Made by a program: the position numbers and the translations under genes. The notes under the pieces were generated by a model. The model ran no database searches and was not told where the DNA came from. It saw only the letters and a list, made by a program, of their open reading frames with translations. This document shows, in pieces, positions 1 through 12,839 of a stretch of DNA of 64,000 nt. Each line of letters starts with the position of its first letter. Positions within the stretch are counted from its first letter, which is position 1. The DNA lies in assembly GCA_050084515.1 (NCBI GenBank), contig CM114271.1:26288001-26352000 (forward strand), given 5' to 3'. The stretch is from Blasia pusilla. Lineage: Eukaryota.

Positions 1-3000
1 CAAAACGTTTTCAATGTTCCCTCTAGTCATATTTATTGCATAGACACAAATGTACTAGTAAATATAAGAAGAGAAGTGAAGTTTCTTAAATCTTGTAATA
101 TTTTTGGTCAATTTTTGAATTCATATGTTTATGTTATTTTACAGATATATTTCAATATTACAAAAGCTGAAAATGATTTGACTCTATCACGAATATGGAA
201 GGTTATAGGAAAAATAAAAATAATGCCCTTAAAAGAGTAAAAGGATGTTATCACATAAAGAAGATTCCCTACAAGAAATACACATTTTTTCAATGAGGAA
301 ATTTAAGATTTAAAATTGCACTCGTATTCAATAGTTTTCAAAGATATTTTAGTATTGAATGATCTCAAAACCTTTTATGATTAATATAAACCCATTAAAG
401 CAAATTATTAATGAAAGTTACGTTACTATGCGAGGAAAGTTCATTCTTCGGGAAGTTAAGATATGTTAAAAAGGTCATGTGAGATATCATATTATCTCTT
501 GCGGAAAGGAATTGAGTAGAATTACCAAATGATTTTAATTATGCATAAATATGAAAATTTCATAGTTTTCTCTTTGCTCTTGTTTAAATAATGAAACAAA
601 ATTTAATTACATGTACTTAATATTATAGATGAAGGAAACCTTCTAATATGACTGTGAGGATGATTCAGTGACAAAATATTGTTATTGTAATCATTATAAC
701 ATGACTATTATGAGAACAATAACATAGTGGATTATGTAAGAGTTGATGCATTGACATTCTAATCTTTCGATCTTCTTTTCCAATATCGGGGTAAAGTAAA
801 CAAAGTGTCGACAAAGCTCCTTAGCGTAAGTAGAATGTTTGTTTCTTGTTACATTGCACGACTTTGATGTTGACATTTATTGTTATTGCAAATCGTCTTC
901 CTAGTATATTTTACCACTATTGATCCATATTATTTACATTTATCTCAATTAATATATTGGAAAAAAAATCATCCCAAACGTTCAAGAGTTTTCTATAGTC
1001 TGGACATGAAGACATTTGACTTCATTTGTGATTAATTAAGTAGATAATTGAGTACTAATTGTTCATACTTCCCGCGAGTTCTGTTGAACAAGTTGTTGAG
1101 TGTTAAGAGACAAATTATTATCGCTCTATGATATTTTGCCACATGCATTGGGAGGAAATTAAGATTTTTTATGACTCGAAAATAAATAAACTATGTACAA
1201 AATAACTCAAATTACAACTTACAAAACCATCATAGTCATATCTTTTTTTGACTTATAAGATAATTATAGGCATATATCTGTGAAAATGGTTTATGAAATA
1301 ATAAAAACATCATCAAATAGTACATAGGAAAAATAATTAAAATAAAATGGGTTCAAAATTCATACTATATTTGGTTCAAAAAGCATACTAAAATAACATA
1401 TGTGAGATTTACTAAGAAGGAAATCGTAATATAAATGTTATAATTGAACCAACATTGTTTATTGAATGGAATATGGATTTATTTTGATAGGCTTCATAGT
1501 TATAGATTATTTTCCATGATAATAATTATTTTTTATTTTTTTATTTGAGTTTTATTTCATTAAAGAGTAAATCCGCATACTTCTAGTCTATATTCGAAGG
1601 CTTTGATGTAATTTTAAGCGATAATTTGTTGTTAACTCCTTAAAAAAGGTAGTGAAAGAGGGAGGGGGCGATATTTATCAAGAGTAATATCGCTGAACTC
1701 AATAACAATATGTTGCTAGAAGATTTATTAATCACAACACAACGTTTTTTTTAAGTTGTCATTTATTATTCTGAGTTGAACAAATTGGACTTCCCCCCCC
1801 CCAAAAAAAAAACCTAATTCAATAATTTTTTATATATTACGATTTCAAGTTTGAATCTTATATTTTCTCTTAACTCCATCACTTACTCCTCCTCTTTCCA
1901 TGCGACCTCCCGCGTATTGAAAACGAAAAATTCGATGTACATCTATTCTATTAACAAAAGGTGACTCATCGTCAAGAGGAATTCAGTCAATGACATGACA
2001 CAAACTCTTCAAAATAAATAACGTCTGTTGAATTGTATCATCATACATGTGTTGTATTAACCAAAGGGGCCTTCTTGTCACGATGAACTTATTGAATGAC
2101 ATGTCACGTAGGATTTAAAATTTTAAAATATCTTCGATTTACATACTCCTATACTAAGCCCAAGAATCCAAAGTCTTTTAAATTTTTACTGTTTTATACT
2201 AAACTTAATAACATAACAAGGAAAAACTTGTTATCATAGCATAAAGTTGTGATAATTATTATTTCCTCCGATATTCATGAAATATCCATAAGTGTCCCCA
2301 TGGTTGTTGCTTGTCCAATAGTAAAACTATAAAAATAAAGGTTACGAAATAGAATCAAATAACCTATCATTAGAAATTACATTTATCTTCAATCAAAATA
2401 CGGTTATTAAAAAATAAAAAGATTTAAAAATATTCCTAAGTCGCCCTTATATTCATTACTACTCTTTTAAAATAATAAAAAATATATAAATTTAAAATTG
2501 ATAACAAGGAAATAATAATTATCTTAAATTCAAATATATAAAAAAAATTTAGAAGAAAAAATCAATAATCACTAAAAATTTCTCACACATCCTTCTTATT
2601 CATTACCTCTTCTTATTAAAAAATATAATAAAACATTTAGACCTAATTTTAAATTAATCTTCAAGTTTAGTAAGAAGAGGAAATAACTTGCTAATTTAGG
2701 AAAACTCGAAGAAGGGTACTAAGAGAATGGTGGGGAAAGATTTATTTCCAAAATAATGAAAGGGATGTTCTTACTTTATTGTTTTAGTTTTCTAACTTGT
2801 TTGGGAGACATTTCTAAATATCATTTTAGAATAAATTCATTAAATTTTCTTTTTTTTCTTAATTGATAGATTTTGATTGGAATAAAAAAAAAATATACTT
2901 TCCCCACTTAGAAAGGAAAATTATGGGAATTTTCTTTCATAATCCAAAAAATTAATACCCTTAATATTCAAAAGTGTTTTTTTTTTTTCCAAGAAAGATT

Positions 3001-3519
3001 TTAGAATTTTATCACGGAGAATACTAACTAGTTTGAGTCTAAAGGGAAAAATTTATAACCAACACTTTTAAAAAAGATTCAAAGTGCAACTTTTGTTGAA
3101 GATGTAATTAGTTTTGCATAAGATTAAATGTGGTATATTTCTCCAAGTATTGAATTTCTTGTAAAATTGACACTAATTACCAAATTGGTAAATTTATTTA
3201 GAATGTTTTAGATTTTCTAAAAAGTATCTATAACCATTTAAGTAAAGAAATTTCTCATGCTTATAGATTCTTATGATTTAAATTATTTCTAAAAACCATA
3301 ATTTTCTTTGTCATCCATATAGCAGCTCTCTACTTACTTTCGAAGAGAATCTTAATCACGAATATAAATTTGATGAAAAATGAACTCCAACCAAAAAAAT
3401 ATGATTTTGTGTAAATATATAAGTGTCTTACATATGCAAGTGCATAGGCCACTGGTAGTAAGTCTTACTTTAGTGAATGTTGTTTATATATGATCTGTGC
3501 ATGCTTCAAGTTTTGATAG

Positions 3520-4260
3520 TTGATGGAGGAAGGAAGAACATATGGATGGAAAGTTAACAATGATTAGAGTGGAGACCAATAACTCGACCTAATCATACAT
3601 CAAAATATTAGAATGCAAGTTTTACTTTTAATGATGGGATCAACTAAATCTTCTCATAGGGTAGTGATTTGGCCAAGAGAAAAAACATATGTAGAGGGTG
3701 AAATTCCAACTACGAAGCTCATCATAGCTTATTGAATTGTTGCAATGGAAATTATGTGACTCGCTTTCTAATTGAACTATCCATGAGTGGAAAATCCATA
3801 GTATGACAAATAAATCTTATGCTTGTGTAATGCAAACTATTATTATTCAAGGATGGGTTTCTTAGATTTGTTCGTCCGATATCCCATTTATATTCACTAC
3901 ACTTAACTTTTCCAAAACTCCAACTTTTTTTAAATACTGTTTCATACCGAAGGTTCACATGTGGATTTTTGCTTCCTCTAAAAAAAGATCAGAATTTGGG
4001 AGTATATTATTGGTGCTGCAAGATATCCACTCTAGCCATGGCTTATAGTTCCCAAACATGAAGCAATAGTGTTAAAAGAAAAAGACACTTTGAAGTATTA
4101 TCATTTTCAAGGAGGATGTGCAAAGAGAGATACTTTGGCCAACTAAAAATTTACATGATGCACACTCAAAAAACTTATTTACAATCATGAGTTACAAATA
4201 CTACTAGAGATTATCTTTGTTTCATGTGTTGTTTATAACATCATGATATGCATAGAAGAT
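3520..4260 (+). pseudogene. PIF/Harbinger (HARBI1-like DDE) transposase relic
   Basis: Broken frames give NCCNGNYVTRF (~3733, cf. NCCGAIDxTH), YIIGAARYPL*PWLIVP (~4005-4053, cf. YxxGDxGYPLxxWLxxP) and ERYFGQLK...SCVVYNI (cf. ERAFGxLK...CxxLHN). Many stops; boundaries approximate. Confidence 0.65.
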
Positions 4261-4745
4261 TGTACTATCGATAGTCTCATAGCACTGGGAGGAATTTCCT
4301 CCATAGCTATTAAGAGTTACATCTATCTATAGTTTAATGGGATGCCTACCACTAAGTTACAACTAGCCAAAATATAGTATCAAAGGACTCGTTGCAAAGT
4401 GCCACATTTAAAACATGGCATGGAAGATCTATCTTTGCTAAGCTTTCATTTTGCAAGTTTATGTTAGCCTAGTCATTATTCAGGTTAGTCTGGCATGGAA
4501 TTTAATGTGATATTACACGCACTCATTGAAGTAAGAAACATGAAAAATGTTTATTTGATCATTTATGCTGATATATGGATATGGTATAATTATATAAATT
4601 GAAATTAGTTTTTTAGATTAAATTCAATGTTATACTATGATTTAACTAATGTTAGCTGCTTATTACTAACCGTAGTGTTTATTTGCATATAAAAATCTTA
4701 ATGTTATAATTTAAATTCAACATAAATTTCAAATATAACAACTTA

Positions 4746-4804
4746 TAATGAAATCTCACCTTGCTACTTCCAATTGGTGTGAATAGCAAGGTGAAATTTC
4801 ATTA
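4746..4804. repeat. Inverted repeat, 21-bp arms with 1 mismatch, 17-nt loop
   Basis: taatgaaatctcaccttgcta ... tagcaaggtgaaatttcatta. Confidence 0.85.
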
Positions 4805-6156
4805 AAACAACGATGATTTGCAATGGATTTGATTTCACTATATCATATGTAGTATAATAATGACAAATAACAAATGAATTATACATGTATCTGTGTAATT
4901 AGAAGGTATAATATGATTTTTTTAAAATCAACAAAACCAACACACGTTCTGAATATTTGTTTTATGTTATTTATATATCAAGTATGTGGAATTCAAACAA
5001 ATAGTTTTAATTATAATGTAATAAGAGGAAAATAATTTAGAAGGAAAAATATGTAATTACAAGCACCCCTTGCCCTATCCCATGCCTTAATAAATAATTA
5101 AAAAAAGTAACGAAGGGTATTTGAACTTAAAAATATAAGTAATAAGGACATCTTTCATAAGGTTTCATCGCAAATGATGAGTTTGCCTATGAATAGTGAC
5201 ATTTTGACAAATTTGAACACTTCAGTAAAGTTGTATCAGGAGATGAGCACACCATGAACTTGTTTTTTATTCAACATATCTTATATCTTTGATCAATAAG
5301 TTACTATTTAATGTAAGATATCAAGATCTCCCTCAAAATCTCCTACCAACTCCATGAGATAATGCTCTAAAGATCATTGGGAGCACATATCCATTATATT
5401 GTGTGACTTGTCGTCCAATTTTCAATGTTCAAGACCATTCCTTAACCACAACCCATAATATCTACCTGAAATCGATGGATTACTTCCTAACTCGTCTTGG
5501 ATAGCTCTCATGTTGATGTTTTCCTTTGATCCTACCACTACGACTCTTTATTTTCAAAGTTTCATTCTCAATTAGAAAGACCTTTCAAGTGTTGGTATCT
5601 ATATTATCACACAATATTATAAAAATCAGTAATCTAATTGAAAATCTCCCTTTGTTGCGAAACAAAGGGAGAGAAAAATCCTTTTTTACATTCGAAATAG
5701 TATTTAATAAGTCCTATATTCTTTAAAAAAGATGACTGATTCTTATGAAATCGAGATATGTTTGTCATGCTAAAAACTCATCATGTGTTAATAGAATGCA
5801 AATGCATGGTACATGCATTTTTAGTGGTAAAGATGAAATTCTGAAATTTTTTTATTGATATAATGTTACACGTGATTTGGGAATTGACTTCAAATTTCTT
5901 GCAATTTTCTTAAATTTCATTTTGTAATTAAATCGTCCTAACATTTTACCTTTCTCTTTCTTAATTAAGAAAATTGATGTTAACGGAATCCCATTGCTTC
6001 TATGGTGGTTTCTTTATACTCTACTATAATCTAATACTCTACTAGTACTACCTCTACAAGCCAAATCTACATTAGGCACTCTAGTAGGCATGTTTATGCA
6101 ATTTCATGGATTTCTTTCCTCTTTAGTTTGATGTATGGGATTCACGAGGTTCTATA

Positions 6157-6230
6157 GAAGTTAGAAAGTCAATCATTAGATGTTTGTACATCACATGGTA
6201 CAAACATCTAATGATTGACTTTCTAACTTC
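6157..6230. repeat. Perfect 33-bp inverted repeat with 8-nt loop
   Basis: gaagttagaaagtcaatcattagatgtttgtac-atcacatg-gtacaaacatctaatgattgactttctaacttc. Confidence 0.95.
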
Positions 6231-6519
6231 CCTTCTCTATTAGGAGCGTCAGAACTATGATAAGGGTTGCTCTTTTCTTAATTAGGAGATAAAATATAAT
6301 ATTGTGAAAAAGGATAAGATAATTCTTTCAGCATAATGTGTACGCCCATCGTGCTGATCTTGAGGTGCCAATGTGTGCGTACCATGTTGATTATAACATC
6401 TTTTCTCTTACAAGGAGAAACACATAATTGCAACACAAATCTTACATGTCTCATTGACGTATAAGTGTTGTTGGAATTACCCCATGGGCTTACAAGTATC
6501 ATATTCACGAGAAAGACCC

Positions 6520-7010
6520 TGTCACGATTGTTATGATAGATCGGTGAGATCTAGCAGAGCGTCTGCACGAGTTGTGGATGATAGGCCTAGGAGGTCAAGG
6601 ATGACTTGTTGAGGCCCCGAGAAACCTGACAGAGTAGGTTTCCCCTTCGTTTCGGCTCATTTGCAGCCATATAGATAAACTTACTATTTCGGGTAAGTTT
6701 CCATATTTGGGAAAGTTGACTTTCCACTTTGGGAAGTGGCCCTTGACCCGCTACAGTAGGTCAAGATCCAAGGAGGTGACCTGCAAACATACGCTACCGT
6801 TGAGAGGGCTTGGGAGAGGGAAGGGGGTATACCTCATTCTCTTTTTGTTAAACCTCTTGGCATAAGGGAGCGGAGCTATGGTCCCTTGCTTTGTGAGTGT
6901 AACCCAAGTCTCTCATTAGGAGAGTGGGTTTGGTTTGACATGAGAGAGAGAGTGCACACCTTTGAGAGCTATGGTGTGAGATGGTGTAGAGAGACATTGG
7001 ATCTTACTTT
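6520..7010 (+). repeat. Terminal repeat A1 of copy 1 (~490 bp)
   Basis: Direct repeat of 16111-16624; homology stops after ggatcttacttt. Contains a TATA-like motif (catatagataaac) and short hairpins. Confidence 0.92.
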
Positions 7011-8552
7011 ACAAAGAGAGAATGAGAGAGTGAGAGAGCTTCATGGGGGAGCTTGCAAGTCACTCGCTGTTTTTTCAGGTTGGGGACTGCGTTCCCCCCT
7101 CAGAGGCTCATGGGAGTGCTCACCGGAGCAAGGGCAACTTTGATTGTTCTTTGCATTTGCCGATTTTCATGTGGAAGAGGGGCGCGCGGAAGTGCTGCCC
7201 AATTTCTGATAGGGATTGATTATGGGGGCGGGTTACCCCATGCCGGTGCTCTTGGGAGCACCATGTAGCTTGGTGATTTGTATTTTTATAGGTTTTATAT
7301 TTTTTTTGGGAGAAATCAATGCGGAAGCGCTGCCAAATTTTGTGTAGGAGAAAGAGACATTGGGCTTTACAACAGTCCGTGTCAATTTTTACTGGAATGT
7401 TCAATTTAAAATATTTTTTAACTTTGTCGTAAGTTATGAACGTTGTGCAATAAACAAGGAGCAATTTGGAGTTGCGAGCAAAAAGTGATGGTCAATCTTG
7501 CAAAATTGCCATTGTTATGCGTTTTTTAGGGTTAAGTTGTTCAAACCCTAAACTAGCCGCCATGCCGCCGGCGGTCGTCGCCATCATAGTCAACGCCAAC
7601 GGTCCACCCTTGATGGTCAACCGTCACCATCAATGTTCAACCATCAACGTCAATGGTCCACCGTCCGTTGTTCATCCTTTGGTTGCCATTGCCGCCGTTA
7701 CGGAGTGGAGGGCGTTTACACGACGTTCGTTGATTCTCTAACTTGCGTCGCCACCATATACTTTATTTTGGCCACCACCCTCATCAACCTGTGGTGGCAG
7801 ATGACCTCTGGTTATGGTGTTTCAGTTATGATTTCATGCTGCTATGTTGTGATTGGTAGCCACTCGACGACGATTGAGTGTCGTGTTGTGACGCCCGTAG
7901 CCGCAACGCTTCGCCAATTGCCGTGTTGTGCCGCTCGTGGCTGCACCGCACCATCTTGATCAAAGAGCACACCATCATTGCGGATCTGAGTGTGGGTTAA
8001 TTGTTGATTGAGGAGGGTATGCCGCCGAGTGCCGCATCCCACCATCGAGGGCCGTGCCGTTCGTAGTCGTTCCGTGTCGTCTGCAACGCCGCACCGTTCC
8101 GTTGGAACCGCACTATTTATCGAGGAGTTTTGAGCAGCGTCAATACGGGAGGAGTTGTCTCCATGGCCGAGTTGGGGTCGAGGTTTTTTGTTGTTGAGGA
8201 GGGACATCGACATGTGTTCAGGTTACCCATTCTGGTCCTTTACCATGCACGTGTGAGGGATTTTGGGATTTGGGTAGTTTATTTGGGGATATTGGGTGTG
8301 TGGATGGTGAGAGCATCATTAATTTATGTGGTTTAGGGGACATAGACCTATGTGGGATTTATGGAGTTGAGGGTATGTTGTCGATGAGATGATAGCCTTG
8401 TCGATTTGTCGGACACGCCACTTGTTGCCGCACGTTACACATCTCGGGGAGGGAGAGTGTAGATGGAGTGCCGCATGTTTGGGATGACTGATTGATGGAT
8501 TACTCACGAGGCGAGAGGGGCACAAGGGTCATCACGGCGTCCATTCGAGACT

Positions 8553-10033
8553 TTGAGAGGCGAGGTGCTGAACCTCGAGAGTAGCTCTAGAGATTTTACG
8601 CGGATTGGCGCGAGGTTCCGAGGGTCTCCACGTGAGGGACCACCTCAACCCCCTTATGTGTCATCATCACATGAGGGGGAGGATATAGAGGATTTTGTGA
8701 GCACACTGCCACATATTGCGAGTGCCACATATTGGGCGTACGAGATGGAAGACCGGGGTAGAGGACCGCGTAGGTTTTCAAGTGCAATAAGTACGATTGA
8801 GTTACACGATTTCATACCAGAGTTTAGGAGTTGGTGTGACTCCCAACGGGCCAAGAACTCTAGAGAGTTCAACCCATTTACAACATGGAACGGTATGTTC
8901 CACCATTTAGAGGGGGCACCCATGGACGATTACCATGAGTTCTCTCAGAGATATGCACGTGAGATCGAGGCGTGGAGGCTCTACTATGACCCACATTGTG
9001 TGTCATGGACGGAGCCATTCCCAGATGAGGAGGAGGAGTCAAGAGAGGCTACTTCCTCTTCCACAAGTGAGGTTTTAGGAGGGGTCACTCGCACGGGAGC
9101 AGTTGAACCGTGTCGTCGGGTTCGTCCTAGGTTCAACCATGTGGTTGATTTCTTTGGTGAGTTGAGGGCGAGCTACCAGGGGGTACGAACAGAGAATTTG
9201 CAGAGCATCCATGACTTCCAGAGGCTCCTGGCCGAGAGTTTGCGTGAGGCTTACACTTTCTAGCGCCGATTGATCAACGTCACTCAAGGTATGCAGAGGC
9301 TCGGGCTATCCAATCATGATACGCGATGTTGGACCGGACCCTGCGGACACGAGTGCGGGAGGGGGTGCTTCTTATGAACACCTCCCCTATGTTGAGAGAT
9401 GTTCTTAGGATCGCCGAGAACATTGAGCGCAACATGGCGGAGGAGAGCATAACCACCATGGGTTCTGGGCAAGAGAACTCGCGATTGATTGCACCACTTG
9501 TGCAGCAACGTCGAGTCCGAGATAGGCCGACTGTGGCACCACGAGCTAAGGGAGGATACCCGGAGGCCGTGCCATAGAGACCAGCGCCTTCATATGCGGC
9601 TTAGCAGCAGCCACCTACTATCACTTGTTGGTCATGTGGTGGAGCCATCATCAACACGATTGCACTCGTTAGGGTTATGGACGTGTGCCTCAACATGGAG
9701 GAGGAGATGGTGCTGCACCCGGAGGTTATCAGTGTGACTATTGTCAGAGGTATGGTCATACACATGCCAGGTGTTTCTGTTTACATCCTGAGTTACGTCC
9801 GGACCGAGGGCCAGAGACAGCACCAAAGCAAGTAGCCGGTCCGGGTGGGCCTTAAGATCGTGCACCAAGTGGTGTCGTTGGGGGACAAGGAGCTGGAGTT
9901 TCCCGACACGGTGGTGGAGCTACCCGTGGAGGAGGTAGAGTCCTACCACCTAGACGCGTCGAGGGAGATGCAAAACATGATGCTAGGATGGCTACTCAGA
10001 TACATTAGCTACAGGAGCAGATTGGCACTATAA
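8553..10033 (+). pseudogene. Gag region of copy 1 (capsid-like segment plus two zinc knuckles)
   Basis: ORFs 8553-9263 and 9326-9577 (SIHDFQR..ESLREAYT). CCHC knuckle GYQCDYCQRYGHTHARC at ~9722-9772. A second, upstream knuckle reads WACGGAYHKRNC in copy 2. Confidence 0.8.
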
Positions 10034-10619
10034 CATTGCGATTACCCGATGCCAGATCCGTGGCATCGACATCATATGGAGCAGCCAAAGATATGGAGGA
10101 TCCTGGTTGGATGTGCGGGGTTGCTTAGATGGAGGCAGCCGTAGTTGTGACGCGTGGAGCAGCCACAGAGTTGGATCCACAGTAAGGGAAAGCCAGGAAA
10201 CACACTAGGTTTCCTCAGTCTTTCACGTTGTCAGAGGCGATGAGAACCCCATCGATGGGTCCTGATCAGAGTTCCTGGAGTGTTGGTGATGTTGTTGGTG
10301 TGCAGGCACAAAGGGCGATGGGAGAAGCGAGTGCAACGACTCCTATTGTTGATGCTCAGGAGGGGCATGTGTCAAGCACATTGTTGGGGGCGGCCACCAT
10401 TGTGTACCGCTGTCCTTTATTTTCTGCTTCCGATGTTATGACGTTGGGGGGTAAGCCCGCCAAGGCTTATCGGCTGGCCACTACGCTATATGAGCATAGA
10501 GTTGGATTTCCTGCATAACGTTCAGAGGTGATTGCAGAGGAGGTGATGGACCTGCCCTTGGAGCGGATGCTTGGGCTGTCCACGTGCGATTCATGGTAGA
10601 TTGCAGTTGCTAGGATGGG

Positions 10620-11100
10620 GAGATGCCCGCTAGACCCGCAATAGAGCATGCCATGGCTTCCCCTGGTGTTGTGTTGTTGGATAACAAAGAAGAGGTCTTC
10701 CTATTGGTGAGTCTCGGAGGTAGAGCTTTTAGGCCGCAGCGCGTCTTGTTGGATTCAGGAGCGCAATCCTTGATGTTGGGGAAAGCGTCATTCAGAGGAT
10801 TGGGCTTGACAAGAGCCGATGTGGAGCGTTGTCCATTCCGGATACACACACCCTTGGGTTGAGCGAGTACCACATAGTATATCACCCGATGGGAGGTTGT
10901 GGTGAGGATTTTCTCGGGACATCCTACAGATGAGTCCGTGGTGCGAGCCAAGGCGATAGTGACTGATGTAGAGTCCTAGGACATCTTGGTTGGTGGAGTA
11001 GTGTTATACCTGATGGGGTTTTCCTTGGATTACTGGGAGGAGTCAGCGTCCTTCAAACCAAGATGGCAGTGAGGTGATGGGCGCCTTAGCTGATTACCTG
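10620..11100 (+). pseudogene. Retroviral-type aspartic protease of copy 1
   Basis: RVLLDSGAQSLMLG with DSG at 10752-10760; downstream DILVG flap-like motif at ~10980. Confidence 0.85.
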
Positions 11101-11459
11101 TTCGATTCACAAGTGCAGTGATCAAGCGACGGCCAGTAGAGGTTGCAACCTTAGCACCATTAAGCACTGCCATCACTTGGCCTAGTGAGGACATGTCCAT
11201 GCAGAGGATACGCCCGTTCTTGACATTTCTATGGAGAGGAGTGTTATGATAGTTGCATCATTCCGTGGAGAAGAGATGCCATTGTGAGGCTCGATCTGAG
11301 AAGCTTCGACGATTGGCAGAGGAGCACCTGCAGACCATATGGAGCGAGGCATTTGCACCATAGCATGATAGGTCTAAGAAACCCGAGGTAGTTGGGAGTG
11401 CTACAATGATACCCTTGGATACCACACCTATTGTGTGGTGTATATCGAAGAAGGGTGTT

Positions 11460-12400
11460 CGAGTGTTAGATCTCTTTGGAGGGAATAGCACCGGGTTAGC
11501 TGTTGTTTTGTAGACAAGAGTGCGAGTGCAGGAGTACGTGTATGTGGAGAGTGATGATGTTGTGAGGCGCGTCTCAATACAACATGTGGCACAATTACGC
11601 CTACGTTTTCTTGACTTATTGTTTGTGTCTGCGGTGTTGGGATACAAGAGTTCCCTACCAAAGGATATTTCGTTGGTAGGGGCGTAGGACTTAGAGCAGG
11701 TAGGGACCATTGATTTGGTCATTTTCGGTTGGCCATGTGAGGGCCAATTGAGTGTTGGACAAGGCAGCGGGTTGGTTGACACTCAGTCCAGGTTGTTTTG
11801 GGAGATGTCGAAAGATTTTACGGTAGTTGCAGGAGCACATGTCTCGTTCTCCAGCCTACATTATGGAGAATGTGCCGATCTTAGGAGACTCGAGGTCACG
11901 CATGGTGACGAGTGCTCATCTAGTGCGTGCCTAAATTGGCCGTGCAGTGTTCTTGGATGCAACGAGTGTAGATTCTAGAGCCCATCGCCCGTGTCTATGG
12001 TGGACCAACTTGGTGCCCCATGCGCTGTTACGAAGGGCGTATGCGAGAGTGGAGCGCCCCTCCCATTTGTTAATGGATTCCATTCTGAATCCAGGTCGTC
12101 GATCACAGGTAGTGAGGCACGATGATCGACCAATGTTGACTGTGGTTAACAGGGTAGGTAGGCGGGGCAGCCTTGCCCACGTTTGTGAGTTTTCCCGCTT
12201 CCTATACATACAAGGAGGTCGGTCTTGGCTTGGTTTGGGATGACCAGGTTCAACGGTTGATGGACCCCAATGCCAACAAGAGAGAGCGAGCGATGGGATT
12301 TCCCACAAGAGTGACAGCAGTACCTTCAGTGTCAAAGGCATCATGACGCCATGTCTTGGGTCATGCGATGGACCTGAACTGTTTGACATGGATCCTTAGC
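11460..12400 (+). pseudogene. DNMT3-like C5 cytosine DNA methyltransferase domain inside the retrotransposon polyprotein (copy 1)
   Basis: Motifs in canonical order: I RVLDLFGGNSTGL (11460); II YVYVESD; III PKDIS; IV GTIDLVIFGWPCEG (PC at 11733-11738); V SRLFWE; VI YIMENVP (ENV 11866-11874); VIII DATSVDSRAHRPCLWWTNL; IX RERAMGFP; X RHVLGHAMD. Contains stops and a frameshift. Confidence 0.93.
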
Positions 12401-12839
12401 TGTTGAGCAACGCCGTATGAGATCACGACAGATCACAATGGTTGCGTTAGTGAGCCCCATGCCTACCGAGACGGTGGAGGCAGTGGCTGGGGGCGAGACT
12501 CGAGGAGACCTACACACCAGGGGAGATTGGGAGAGACACCCTTGGACTTCTTGGGATGTTTTCCAGGTACGCCAGAAGTTGATAGCCACATCATCGAGCG
12601 TGGTTCAGGGCACTGCATGTGAAGGAGATCAGAGTTTGCAATTGGTTGTAGGAGAGTGGCCAGGTGTTGTTGTTCGAGACGGGGTTGCACCATAGCAACC
12701 ACCGATACACTACGGTGGACAGTCCTATCGTAGTCATCATGAAGACTTGGGAGCCAGATATGGTCCCTAAGTTAACAGGAGGAGAGCGGCGCTGAATACA
12801 TCAATTCCTCTTAATTTATAGGAGTTGCTTTGCGCTTAG

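Noticed and set aside
11460-12400. Host DNMT3/DRM gene or bacterial restriction-modification contamination
   Set aside because: Intronless, colinear within Pol in three copies and inside TSD-bounded termini; no endonuclease partner and no prokaryotic gene organisation.
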